Notes: a model not told the origin generated them from the letters alone. Positions 37,195 through 47,073 are shown, counted from the stretch's first letter. The stretch: DNA of 64,000 nucleotides from Candidatus Latescibacterota bacterium (GCA_965217585.1 OZ244561.1:640001-704000), one strand, 5' to 3'. A program made the numbers and translations.

Positions 37195-38808
37195 ATGCCC
37201 GAAGGCGTCGAGACCGATGAGAAAGAGATACCTGTGTTTAATGGGTTTGACTATATAGTCCTAATCTGTTCTGCCTTCGCCTTTTTCGCCGGCGGCTGTC
37301 TCCTCGGCTGGCTAGGGAGCGAGCGGACGCGCAACAGCAGACTGAGCAGCACCCAAGCCACCGCCGATCAGATCGTCGCCCGCGCTCACCAAGAAGCCGA
37401 GGTTCTGAAAAAAAACGCCTTGCTCGAAGCGAGAGACGAATGGCACAGCGAGCGCGCCCCGTTGGAAAAGGAGCAAGAGACGCAGAGGCGCTCGCTGCGC
37501 GACCTCGCGGCCAAGCTGCTAGAGCGAGAACAGCAACTAGAGCGCAAAATAGACCTGCTCACGAGCAAGGAGCGCGAACAGCTCAAAAACGAGCAGGATC
37601 TCGACCACCGCGAGGCAGTCATAACTGCAGCCGAGACGCAAGCACAGGACCTCGTCCTCCAGCAGAGTCGGCGGCTGGAAGAGTTGGCCGGCATCAGCCA
37701 GCAAGAGGCCCGGCGCATACTCGTCGATCAGCTAGAGGAGGGCGCGCGCCAAGTCGCCGCTCGCAAAGTCCGCGAAATCAAGGACACCGCGATTGCCACA
37801 GCCAACCTAGAGGCCAAGGAAATTATCACCCGCGCCATCCAGCGCTTCGCCGGGGAGCTGACCGTCGAGAGCACGCTTTCGGTGCTGCCCATCCCCTTCG
37901 ACGACATGAAGGGGCGCATCATCGGTCGCGATGGTCGCAACATCCGCTCCTTTGAAATGATCACCGGCGTCGAAGTCATCGTCGATGATACCCCTGGCAT
38001 GGTCATGCTCTCGGGCTTTGATCCACTGCGCCGCGAGGTGGCCAAACATACCCTCGAAACGCTCATCCGCGACGGCCGCATCCACCCCGGACGCATCGAG
38101 GAAGTGTACGACAAAGCCCGCAGCACCGTCGAGGAGATGATCCGCGAGTCCGGCTCCAAAGCCGCCTTCGACCTCGGCATTCACGACTTGACTGAGCCGC
38201 TATTGGAAACTCTGGGCAAGCTCCGCTTCCGCACCAGCTACGGCCAAAACTTGCTGGTCCACAGCAAGGAAGTCGGGTTTTTGGCCGGCATGATGGCCGA
38301 GATACTCGACCTCGATATAGCGCTGGCCCGCCGCGCCGGTCTCTTGCACGACATAGGCAAGGCACAGGACTTCGAGTTGGGCAACGACCCAGCGCAAAGC
38401 AGCGCCGTCCTGGCCCGCAAGTGCGGCGAAAGTCCTGAAGTCGTGCAGATTATCGAAACCCACAGCAAGCACACGCCCTCGCGCTCGGCCATCGCCGTAC
38501 TAGTCGAAGCCGCCAACGAAATCTCCACCCACCGCCCAGGTGCCCGCAAAGAAAAAGTCGAGGAGTACATCCGCCGCTTGCACTACATCGAGGAGCTTGC
38601 GGCCGATTACGTGGGCGTGAAGCAAGCTTTTGCGCTGCAAAACGGCAAGGAGGTTCGGGTCTTAGTCGATAGCGGGGTGGTGGACGACACGTATGCCGAA
38701 CAACTCGCCGACGAAATCACCAGCAAGCTCGAGCAACAGCTCGAATACCCCGGGCAGTTGCGCGTCTGCATCATTCGCGAGATGCGCGCCGAGTCCTACG
38801 CGCGGTGA
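37195..38808 (+). CDS. rny: Ribonuclease Y (TM, coiled coil, KH, HD), divergent HD site
   Basis: MKGRIIGRDGRNIR KH motif, RTSYGQN, LLHDIGKA, RPGAR, YPGQ; start may be GTG 37234. Confidence 0.93.
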   Translation: MPEGVETDEKEIPVFNGFDYIVLICSAFAFFAGGCLLGWLGSERTRNSRLSSTQATADQIVARAHQEAEVLKKNALLEARDEWHSERAPLEKEQETQRRSLRDLAAKLLEREQQLERKIDLLTSKEREQLKNEQDLDHREAVITAAETQAQDLVLQQSRRLEELAGISQQEARRILVDQLEEGARQVAARKVREIKDTAIATANLEAKEIITRAIQRFAGELTVESTLSVLPIPFDDMKGRIIGRDGRNIRSFEMITGVEVIVDDTPGMVMLSGFDPLRREVAKHTLETLIRDGRIHPGRIEEVYDKARSTVEEMIRESGSKAAFDLGIHDLTEPLLETLGKLRFRTSYGQNLLVHSKEVGFLAGMMAEILDLDIALARRAGLLHDIGKAQDFELGNDPAQSSAVLARKCGESPEVVQIIETHSKHTPSRSAIAVLVEAANEISTHRPGARKEKVEEYIRRLHYIEELAADYVGVKQAFALQNGKEVRVLVDSGVVDDTYAEQLADEITSKLEQQLEYPGQLRVCIIREMRAESYAR

Positions 38809-39587
38809 ACATTCTTTTCGTCGCCGATATCTTTGCCCAGCCAGGTCGCCGGGTCGCCGCAGCCCTGATTCCCGAGTTAGTGCAAAAGCGCGAAGTCTCT
38901 CTGGTAATCGCCAACGGCGAAAATGCCGCCGGGGGGTTTGGCCTCACCGACCGCATCGCGGATAAGCTGCACAGCTATGGCACTGACATCATCACCAGCG
39001 GCAATCACATCTGGGATCGTCGCGAGTTCATCCCTTACCTAGACCAGTCAGACCGCGTCCTGCGCCCCTTCAACTATCCAAAAGACGCCCCCGGCACGGG
39101 TGCGGCCATCGTCACCGCACGCGGCGGCTCCCCAGTGGCCGTGCTCTGCCTCCAAGGGCGCACCGGTATGCCGACCATCGACTGCCCCTTCCGCACGGGC
39201 CGCGCCGAGGTCGAGCGCCTGCGTGCGGAGACACCCCTGATCTTTGTGGATTTCCACGCCGAAGCCACGGCCGAGAAAATGGCCATGGGCTTCCACCTCG
39301 ACGGGCTGGCCACCGCGGTCGTCGGCACCCACACCCATGTGCAAACCGCCGATGAGCGCATCCTGCCCAAAGGCACGGCGTACCTAACCGACGCCGGCAT
39401 GACCGGCACCCGCGAATCCGTGATTGGCGTGCGTCCCGAAATGGCCATCCAACGCTTCCTCACCCAAGTCCCCACCCGCTTCAAGCCCGCCGACGGCAAG
39501 GCGGTCCTCTGCGGCGTGCTCGTCGAGGCCGACGAAGCAAGCGGCCGGGCCACCCGGATCGAGCGGTTGCAGCTAGCTGAGCCTTGA
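38805..39587 (+). CDS. YmdB/TIGR00282 family metallophosphoesterase
   Basis: NGENAAGG, TSGNHIWD, VDFHAEATAEK, GTHTHVQTADE, TDAGMTG; follows rny. Confidence 0.92.
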   Translation: MNILFVADIFAQPGRRVAAALIPELVQKREVSLVIANGENAAGGFGLTDRIADKLHSYGTDIITSGNHIWDRREFIPYLDQSDRVLRPFNYPKDAPGTGAAIVTARGGSPVAVLCLQGRTGMPTIDCPFRTGRAEVERLRAETPLIFVDFHAEATAEKMAMGFHLDGLATAVVGTHTHVQTADERILPKGTAYLTDAGMTGTRESVIGVRPEMAIQRFLTQVPTRFKPADGKAVLCGVLVEADEASGRATRIERLQLAEP

Positions 39588-39669
39588 CCTCGCCTCTTCA
39601 GCGGCCTATTCTGGTGAATTAGGAATTGAGAATTCCTAATTGATTCCTCGCTTCCCCAACCGGAGACCT

Positions 39670-40914
39670 ATGTCCTTTCGAGAGCCAGTCTTCTGGACCG
39701 ATGCCGAAGACGCAGCCCATCGGCCCTACTCGGTCTCCGAAATCACCAGCCAAGTCAAGGGCCTGCTCGAGGAGAACCTGCCCAAGTGCTGGGTCGAGGG
39801 TGAGATTTCTCAGTACAACCACCACAGCTCCGGCCACCGCTATTTCACGCTCAAAGACAACGCGAGCCAGCTAGGCGCAGTGATGTTCAAATGGAAGGCC
39901 AGCTCGCTCTCCTTCACCCCCCAACAGGGCATGCAGGTGTTGGTGTACGGATATATCTCCGTCTTCGAGCGAGGGGGGAAGTACCAACTCTACGCCGAGC
40001 AGATCAAACCCGCTGGTGTCGGCGAACTGGCCATCGCCTTCGAGCAGCTCAAAAACCGCCTAGCGGCTGAAGGGCTTTTCGCCGAAAACCGTAAACGGTC
40101 CCTGCCTCCCTATCCCCGCAAAATCGGCGTGGTGACCTCGCCGACCGGCGCGGCCATCCGCGACATCATCCAAGTCCTCGACCGCCGCGCCTCGGATATC
40201 GAGATCGTCCTCTGCCCCGCTCGGGTCCAAGGCGAGGGTGCCGCCGCTGAGATCGCCGAAGCCATCGCCAGCTTAAATCAGCTAGACGACATCGACGTGT
40301 TGATCATCGGCCGCGGCGGCGGCGCTCCAGAAGACCTCTGGCCCTTCAACGACGAATCCGTCGCCCGGGCCATCTACCAGTCGCCTCAGCCCGTCATCTC
40401 TGCCGTCGGCCACGAGATCGATTACACCATCGCCGACTACGTGGCCGACTGTCGCGCCCCGACTCCCTCGGCCGCGGCCGAAATGGTCGCCCGTGAACGC
40501 AGTGCTCTGCGCGAGCGAGTCGCCGAGCAACAAGGCCGCTTGCTAGCGGAAATGGAGCGCTACCTCAGCTCCTTAGAGGAGCGGTTGCGCCACTGCGGTC
40601 CAAGCCGTCTGCGCGCACGCCTCGACGACCGCTTGCAACAGCAAAACCTCTACCTCGACGAGCGGCGCCAAGCCCTCTCTACCGCTTTCGATTGGTTTTT
40701 GCACACTCGGGTCGAGACCCTAGCCAACGCCGCCACCCGCCTCGACGACCTCAGCCCGCTCACGAGCTTAGCACGCGGTTTTGCCCTAGTGGAACACGTC
40801 GCCAACAAACACCTCGTCCGCGACAGCAACGAGCTTCAGTCGGGCGACAAACTGCAACTGCGCTTTCGCCGCGGAGGCGCCATCTGCTGTGTGGAGGAGA
40901 AACTCGATGAGTGA
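39670..40914 (+). CDS. xseA: Exodeoxyribonuclease VII large subunit
   Basis: SGHRYFTLKD, VTSPTGAAIRD, GRGGG..EDLW.FN, SAVGHEID, APTPSAAAE. Confidence 0.96.
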   Translation: MSFREPVFWTDAEDAAHRPYSVSEITSQVKGLLEENLPKCWVEGEISQYNHHSSGHRYFTLKDNASQLGAVMFKWKASSLSFTPQQGMQVLVYGYISVFERGGKYQLYAEQIKPAGVGELAIAFEQLKNRLAAEGLFAENRKRSLPPYPRKIGVVTSPTGAAIRDIIQVLDRRASDIEIVLCPARVQGEGAAAEIAEAIASLNQLDDIDVLIIGRGGGAPEDLWPFNDESVARAIYQSPQPVISAVGHEIDYTIADYVADCRAPTPSAAAEMVARERSALRERVAEQQGRLLAEMERYLSSLEERLRHCGPSRLRARLDDRLQQQNLYLDERRQALSTAFDWFLHTRVETLANAATRLDDLSPLTSLARGFALVEHVANKHLVRDSNELQSGDKLQLRFRRGGAICCVEEKLDE

Positions 40915-41137
40915 ATCTTTTGAAGAATCCCTAGCCGTGCTCGAAGAGAGCGTCCAGCGGCTTGAAGCAGGCGACCTCAAGCTCGAAGAGGCCCTCGAAG
41001 TATTTGAAAAAGGCGTCGCCGCCTCGCGCGTCTGCGGCCAGTGGCTCGACCAGACCCGCGAGCGCGTCCAAGTTCTCACCACCGATGCCGAGGGCCAGTT
41101 CCGCCTCTCCTTTCTGGACGACGAAGACGACCAATAG
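40907..41137 (+). CDS. xseB: Exodeoxyribonuclease VII small subunit
   Basis: SFEESLAVLEESVQRLEAGDLKLEEALEVFEKGV. Confidence 0.93.
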   Translation: MSESFEESLAVLEESVQRLEAGDLKLEEALEVFEKGVAASRVCGQWLDQTRERVQVLTTDAEGQFRLSFLDDEDDQ

Positions 41138-41158
41138 CCGCCCCTCGGCCTCGGCCCG

Positions 41159-42850
41159 ATGTTGACTCGCCTCTACATCAAGGACTTTGCCCTCATCGAA
41201 GAAGCGGTGATCGAATTTGGCCCCGGCCTCAACGTCATCACCGGCGAGACCGGGGCCGGCAAGTCCATTCTCATCGGTGCCCTCAACTCGATCCTCGGCG
41301 GCCCCGTCAACGCCGAGTTGGTGCGCAAAGGGGCTAGCTCGTGTTCGGTGGAGGGCTTTTTTGAACTCGACGACAAAAACCAAGCCGCGCGCTTGGCCGA
41401 TCTGGGCGTTTCCTTGGAGGACGGCCAACTCATCCTCCGCCGCGAGATCCGCGGCCAAGGTCGCTCGCGAGCCTTTGTCAACGGCCAAGGCCAGCCAATC
41501 AAGCAACTAAAGCAAATCGGCGCGATTTTGGTGGACCTGCACGGCCAACACGAACACCAGTCGCTGCTCGACCCCAAGCTCCACGCCAGCTTTCTCGACG
41601 CGTTTGCTGGCCTCGACGGCCAGCGCCGCCTCGTGGAACAGCACTGGCGCGCGTACCGCGATAGCGTGGCCTGCCTCGACCGACTGCGCGCAGAGCGCGA
41701 CGCGCTCGCAGCCGAAGACGAGTTGCGCGCCTTCCAGTTAGAAGAGATCCGCCGCCTCGCACCCCGACCAAGCGAAGAGCCCGAGATAGAACGCGAGTTG
41801 CAAGTCCTCGACAACGCCGAGACCCTATCCCAAGGCGGCCTCCAGCTCTACGACTTGCTCTATCAGCGCGAAGGTGCGGTTTGCGAGGCACTCGGCCAAG
41901 TTCGTCGCCAGCTCGACCGGCTCCGCGAAATCGACCCTGCGCTTGGCCCCCAAGCCGCGGCCTTAGAGGAATTGATCTACGAGGTCGAAGACCTAGCCGG
42001 CCAACTCCGCGACTACGCCCGCAGAATCGAGGTGCGCCCCGGGCGGGCCGACGAACTGCGCGAGCGCCGCGACGGCCTGCGCGCCCTAAAAAAGAAATAC
42101 GGCGGCACCCTCGACGCCGTCTTAGAACTCGCCCGCGAGCTTTCGGCGCGAGAAGACCGCGCTGACCGCCTCCGCGACGAGCTGGTCCGAGCGGCTGAGC
42201 ATCGCGATCAAGCACTCGCCGAGTTTGCCACCTGTTGTCTAGCCCTTTCTGCGGCTCGCCAGCAGGCCAGCGCCACCTTGTCTCGGTCGCTAGTCGCCGC
42301 CCTCGAGGAGTTGGGCATGGCCAAGGCCCAGTTCTACATCGAGCTAGCAACCACCGAGGACCCAGAGGGGACGGTTGAGCGCGACGGGCGTCGCTACGCG
42401 GCTGGCGAGCACGGCATGGAGCACATCGCCTTCCACATTTCCGCTAATACCGGCGAACCACCGCGCGCCCTAGCGCACATTGCCTCGGGCGGGGAAATTT
42501 CGCGCGTGATGCTGGCCGTCAAGGAAGCTGTCGCCGGGCGCGACCTCGTTTCGACCTTAGTCTTCGACGAAATCGACGCTGGTATCTCGGGGCGCATCGC
42601 CGCGGCTGTCGGCCGCAAGCTACAGGCCCTCTCCGCAGCACACCAAACCATCGTCATCACCCACCTGCCGCAGGTCGCCAGCCTCGCCGACCAGCACTTC
42701 TCGGTGCGCAAGCAGCAGGAGCAGCAGCGGACCACCACCGAGGTCGTGCTACTTGACGCAACGGCCCGCGCCGAAGAAATTGCCTATCTGTTGGCCGGCG
42801 AGACCATTTCGGATACGGCGCGCCAACACGCCCGCGAAATGCTGCAATAG
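41159..42850 (+). CDS. recN: DNA repair protein RecN
   Basis: ITGETGAGKS, LHGQHEHQSLL, ASGGEISR, VFDEIDAG, ITHLPQVA. Confidence 0.97.
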   Translation: MLTRLYIKDFALIEEAVIEFGPGLNVITGETGAGKSILIGALNSILGGPVNAELVRKGASSCSVEGFFELDDKNQAARLADLGVSLEDGQLILRREIRGQGRSRAFVNGQGQPIKQLKQIGAILVDLHGQHEHQSLLDPKLHASFLDAFAGLDGQRRLVEQHWRAYRDSVACLDRLRAERDALAAEDELRAFQLEEIRRLAPRPSEEPEIERELQVLDNAETLSQGGLQLYDLLYQREGAVCEALGQVRRQLDRLREIDPALGPQAAALEELIYEVEDLAGQLRDYARRIEVRPGRADELRERRDGLRALKKKYGGTLDAVLELARELSAREDRADRLRDELVRAAEHRDQALAEFATCCLALSAARQQASATLSRSLVAALEELGMAKAQFYIELATTEDPEGTVERDGRRYAAGEHGMEHIAFHISANTGEPPRALAHIASGGEISRVMLAVKEAVAGRDLVSTLVFDEIDAGISGRIAAAVGRKLQALSAAHQTIVITHLPQVASLADQHFSVRKQQEQQRTTTEVVLLDATARAEEIAYLLAGETISDTARQHAREMLQ

Positions 42851-42857
42851 CCCGGCA

Positions 42858-43382
42858 ATGTTGGCCAATTTCCTCAGCGTCCTGCGGGTTCTACTCATCC
42901 CCTTCCTACTCCACTTCATCGCTCAAGGGTCGGCGGCCCAGCTCCAAGCCGTGCTCCTGCTGCTCATTGCCGGTGCCACGGACATCGGCGACGGCTGGGT
43001 GGCGCGGCGTTACAATCAAGTCTCCCGCCTCGGCAAGATACTCGACCCGCTGGCCGATAAAATTTTCCTCGCCTGCCTGCTCGGCGGGCTAGTCCTCTGG
43101 CGCGATTTGCCGCTGTGGCTCTTGGGGATGCTCTTTGCCCGCGACTTGGGAATCGTGCTGGTGGGGGGGTTGCTCTTGCGTTCACAGGGGCTGGTCATTG
43201 CCGCCAATCGCTGGGGCAAATACACAACCCTCAGCATGGTACTTACGGCCCTCAGCTATGTCCTCGAGGCCCCGGCCAGCTTGCGCACGGGGCTAGGCCT
43301 AGCGGCTGCGGCCTTGGTCGTCATCTCCAGCTTGAGCTATGCGCAACTCGCGCTCAGGCTCTCGAAACGAGATCAAGCTTGA
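42858..43382 (+). CDS. CDP-alcohol phosphatidyltransferase (PgsA-like)
   Basis: TDIGDGWVARR...G.ILDPLADK signature. Confidence 0.9.
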   Translation: MLANFLSVLRVLLIPFLLHFIAQGSAAQLQAVLLLLIAGATDIGDGWVARRYNQVSRLGKILDPLADKIFLACLLGGLVLWRDLPLWLLGMLFARDLGIVLVGGLLLRSQGLVIAANRWGKYTTLSMVLTALSYVLEAPASLRTGLGLAAAALVVISSLSYAQLALRLSKRDQA

Positions 43383-43397
43383 ATTATGGGGCGTGGA

Positions 43398-43547
43398 TCA
43401 GTTGGGCTGGATCAAGCGATACCAGCGCAAATAGGCCTCGTCGAGGCGGCGGCGGTAAGCGTATATCCCGATCATTTCCACTACCTTGAGCCGCAAGGCC
43501 AACTTGTGCAGATCGACTTTGCCCTCCTGACGCTCTCCGCGCTTCAC
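43398..43547 (-). CDS. Putative 49 aa small protein
   Basis: GTG overlaps the upstream TGA (GTGA); fills the intergenic gap; reads (M)KRGERQEGKVDLHKLALRLKVVEMIGIYAYRRRLDEAYLRWYRLIQPN. Confidence 0.4.
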   Translation of the reverse strand: MKRGERQEGKVDLHKLALRLKVVEMIGIYAYRRRLDEAYLRWYRLIQPN

Positions 43548-46500
43548 AGCCCGAACCCAAAGTAGTAGCGCCACTTGTCGATTAGGGGGTCGTCCTCGTC
43601 TCTGGAAACCCGCTCTCGATTGAGTGGATGCGCCACTTGGAAATAGGCGAACATGGGGATGCGATAAAAAGTAAAAAGCTGTAGCCGCAACTCGCCGCCC
43701 ACGTCGGTCAGGAATTTGTCGGTATTGGGCATAGACCGCCATCGCTCCTCCTTCCAGAAGTCAATGTCCTCAAAGCGCGAGAAGTTGCCCACCACCCCGG
43801 CTTCGGCGAATAGCTCGGCGTAGAGCTTGGAAAAGTTGAAGTTGATAAAGCGGCTGCTAATGCGCTTGAGAATCGGAAACCCGTAGCCGATGCGGGCGTA
43901 GAGCAACTTGGTGCCAGAGTCGGTGAAATAGGGATAGCCGCTGAGGAAGTTGCGCCCGCCGATATAATAGCGCAGGGGCCAATAAAAGCGGCCCTCAAAG
44001 AACCCGCCCCCCTCGATACGGCGAGGCTTGAGCCGGATGTTTTTGTACGCGCCAATTAGCTCGATGTTGAGCGAATTGTTGAACGGCAACCTGATCCGCT
44101 CGTTGTATGCAGCTATGTATTCGTTGACCCGCAGGCGGCGCTCGACGCCGACGAACCGGTCGCGGGGGACTCCATCGATGGGTGTTTGCTCGGTCAGCGA
44201 ATCGGCCACAGTCGGCATCAGATAGCGATAGACCAAGGCCATGGCACGGCCCGATGGGCTGATCAAGCGGTCAGCCGTGGGGTTGATCTTCCGGTAGCGC
44301 CAAGCCGTGCTCAACATGTGCGTGCGAAAAAAGCTGAGGTCGCCGTAGAATTTCAGCGGATCCTCGCTGTTAACCAACAGGGTGTCTTGGGCCAAAAGCG
44401 CCGGGTCTAAGATAGCCGACACGTCATACATGGTAGTGTCTGGGTCCAAATATTTCTGCTGCCCCAAATAGATCTGGTTCTGGCTGCGGAAGCGGGGCAA
44501 GGTCCAGCCCTCGGCGTAGTTGCGCCATATGTAGAGGGCGTTCAACTCGGTGCGCCGGGTCAGCGGCACATCGACGCCCACGGCGAGTTGCCCCAAGGCG
44601 GTCTTGAACAGATCTTCGCGACTGGTGGCCTGATAGACGTATTGCTGGGCGGCCGGGATGAGCAAGCTGGTGACCGAATCGACCGGGACCGGATAGATAT
44701 TGCCCACCTCGAGCGTATCAATCTGGATCTGGCTCTCCTTGAACAAGTTGTCGATCTCGCGCCGCCGGCCCGCTATGTAAAACGAGGGGTTGAAGGTCCG
44801 ATTGTTGCCCACCTGTGGCCGGAGCCGGCGCTCGTAGAAGAAGCCAACATCCGTATTGAGATCTGTGGCGTCGCGCATGTTCTTGCCAACGATGCCCCAA
44901 GCCGTCAGCTCCTGACCACCAAACATGTCCCCGGTGGTAAACTGCAAGCCACCGCTGGCTTGATTGAGGCCAAAGGTGTTGCCGACAAACGTGGGGCCAA
45001 CCTGTAGAATCGGGATGTAGCGCAAGACGTTGCGCCCCCTGTACGACGCGACCTGGTACTGGTCGGCGAGTTTGGGGCCGTCGAAGATGGAGCGATAGTC
45101 GCGCATCGCCACCGGCTCAAAGTGCGCATTGCGCTCGAATTCGCCCATCTCGAAGCGATAGAGACTATAGTCGTTGGAGTGGTAGCCACTGTACACTACG
45201 CTCTCGTCGGCGGCTACGGTCGGCACAAAGGCCCCGCCAATGACGTTGGTTAGCTGCTCGATTTGGCCGTTTTCCAAGCGATAGCGGTAGATGTTGAAAA
45301 TGCCGCTCTGGTCCGACGAAAACACAAAACCCGAGCCATCGGGCAGCCAGCACGGATCGCGCTCGTCGGCCGGCGAGGCAACGACCGCGCGGAACCCCGA
45401 CGAGTCGGGATGAGCGAAGGCAACGGTATCGGGAAAGACGTCGATGGTTTCCTCCTCGTCTTCTTCGTCCTCACTCTTCTTCTTGGCCTTCTCAAAGGTC
45501 TTTGGCCGCGGCGGGCTATCGGCGCGGATCATCGCAATGTCGCGGTCCTCGCCGCGGAACACGCTGAAGAGCAGCCACTCGCCGTCGGGTGAGAAGCGCG
45601 GCGCACTGTATTGGGTGGCGTCGTTGTTGTTCGTTAAATAGACCAAGTCCGTGCCGTCGCGATCTATGAGGCCGAGGTTGTTGGTCCCGTCCTCATTGTG
45701 CACGAAGGCGATGCGCTGGCCATCGGGGGAAAACGAGGGGTCTTTGGCGCGCAGCCTAGCGCTGATACGGCGCTCCTTGTCCGCGGCCAAATTGTAGATA
45801 TAGAGGTCGTTAAAACCGCCCTTGTTGCGGGTAAAGACGATCTCCTCCCCGTCGGGAGACCAGCCAATCCGCGTATCTATCCAGCCTTTGAGCTTGGTCT
45901 TTTTTTGCGTCTCGAAATCGTAGATCTTGAGGGTCGTGATCGCAAAGTCCTGCTTCTCGCTGGTGAGGTAGGCCAGTTTTTTGCCGTCCAGCGACAGCGC
46001 GGGATGGTATTCGAGCACCCCCTCGTTGACCTCATCCAACGACATGCCCTCAAAGAAGCCCTGCCCGCGGATTTCGGATTCGAGGCGACCGTAATTCTCG
46101 GCCAAGAAGGCGACCCAATCCGCGTAAAACTGGTCGGAGGAAATGCCCAACACCCGGCGAATAGCCGGGTCGAAGCTCATCGAGCCGACCTGATGCGTCA
46201 GCTCATCTACCTTCTCGGCACCGTACTGCTGATGGATGTACACCATCATCGCGTAGCCCTGATTGTACACGAACTCTCCGTAGAACTTGCCCGTGCGGTC
46301 CCAGACCGTCCCCATCTCCTCCCACGAGAGCAGATCGTCTTCTAGCACCGCCATCCGCAGCAACATGTCGCGGTGCGAATCCCAAGAGTCATAGCCGAAT
46401 TTGTGCGCCCCGTACTGGGCGATGCCCTCGGTCCAACCGCGCGGGGTGTTGAGATGGTACAGCGGAAACTGAAACGTAATGTCCGGATTGGAGTCGAAGC

Positions 46501-46942
46501 GCGAGACCGAGAGCAACGCGAACTGGAAGGGCCATTTCTTGCGCGCCTTGTTGAGCGTAATGATGTGCGTCAACTCGTGCGTGACCACGTTTTTGATCCA
46601 ATCGTGACTGCCGCGCAGCTCAAAGTCGAGGCTAGTGGCCCAAATGGCCATGGTATTACTGTAGTAGTTGGCCCAACCATTGCCTAGCTGATCGGAGTTG
46701 TCGAGGACGATGACGTGGATGGTGCGAAAATCGTCGTAGTAGTCGTAGGCCGCCGCGAGGGTGGGGAAGACCTCCTCGCAGGTTTCGGCCACTCGGCGCG
46801 CGGTGCCCTCGGCCCCAAGCGTGAAATGGACCCGGAAGTGATCCGTGACGATGGTTTGTATCTGGGCCTGGGCCGCTCCGGCGAGGAGCAGCGCGGCAAT
46901 GGCGGAAAAAGTCGCTCGGCGCAACGTGTATCCCTTTCGCAA
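43544..46942 (-). CDS. Exported Zn-peptidase (MA) + TolB/PD40 beta-propeller + probable C-terminal outer-membrane barrel
   Basis: Signal peptide (AAQA-Q), THELTH + WTEGIAQY, repeated P.(F/W)SPDG, terminal WRYYFGFGL. Confidence 0.8.
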   Translation of the reverse strand: MRKGYTLRRATFSAIAALLLAGAAQAQIQTIVTDHFRVHFTLGAEGTARRVAETCEEVFPTLAAAYDYYDDFRTIHVIVLDNSDQLGNGWANYYSNTMAIWATSLDFELRGSHDWIKNVVTHELTHIITLNKARKKWPFQFALLSVSRFDSNPDITFQFPLYHLNTPRGWTEGIAQYGAHKFGYDSWDSHRDMLLRMAVLEDDLLSWEEMGTVWDRTGKFYGEFVYNQGYAMMVYIHQQYGAEKVDELTHQVGSMSFDPAIRRVLGISSDQFYADWVAFLAENYGRLESEIRGQGFFEGMSLDEVNEGVLEYHPALSLDGKKLAYLTSEKQDFAITTLKIYDFETQKKTKLKGWIDTRIGWSPDGEEIVFTRNKGGFNDLYIYNLAADKERRISARLRAKDPSFSPDGQRIAFVHNEDGTNNLGLIDRDGTDLVYLTNNNDATQYSAPRFSPDGEWLLFSVFRGEDRDIAMIRADSPPRPKTFEKAKKKSEDEEDEEETIDVFPDTVAFAHPDSSGFRAVVASPADERDPCWLPDGSGFVFSSDQSGIFNIYRYRLENGQIEQLTNVIGGAFVPTVAADESVVYSGYHSNDYSLYRFEMGEFERNAHFEPVAMRDYRSIFDGPKLADQYQVASYRGRNVLRYIPILQVGPTFVGNTFGLNQASGGLQFTTGDMFGGQELTAWGIVGKNMRDATDLNTDVGFFYERRLRPQVGNNRTFNPSFYIAGRRREIDNLFKESQIQIDTLEVGNIYPVPVDSVTSLLIPAAQQYVYQATSREDLFKTALGQLAVGVDVPLTRRTELNALYIWRNYAEGWTLPRFRSQNQIYLGQQKYLDPDTTMYDVSAILDPALLAQDTLLVNSEDPLKFYGDLSFFRTHMLSTAWRYRKINPTADRLISPSGRAMALVYRYLMPTVADSLTEQTPIDGVPRDRFVGVERRLRVNEYIAAYNERIRLPFNNSLNIELIGAYKNIRLKPRRIEGGGFFEGRFYWPLRYYIGGRNFLSGYPYFTDSGTKLLYARIGYGFPILKRISSRFINFNFSKLYAELFAEAGVVGNFSRFEDIDFWKEERWRSMPNTDKFLTDVGGELRLQLFTFYRIPMFAYFQVAHPLNRERVSRDEDDPLIDKWRYYFGFGL

Positions 46943-47073
46943 AAAGGCGACCAGCAGCCAATTGCCGGTCGCTCCATAAGTTGTGTAGGAAAATACTGGA
47001 GGTCGTGCTCCCCGTCAAACAGTATGGAGGCCGCTTTCACGCGGCTACGCCGTTGCTTATTATGTCTTGTGCC

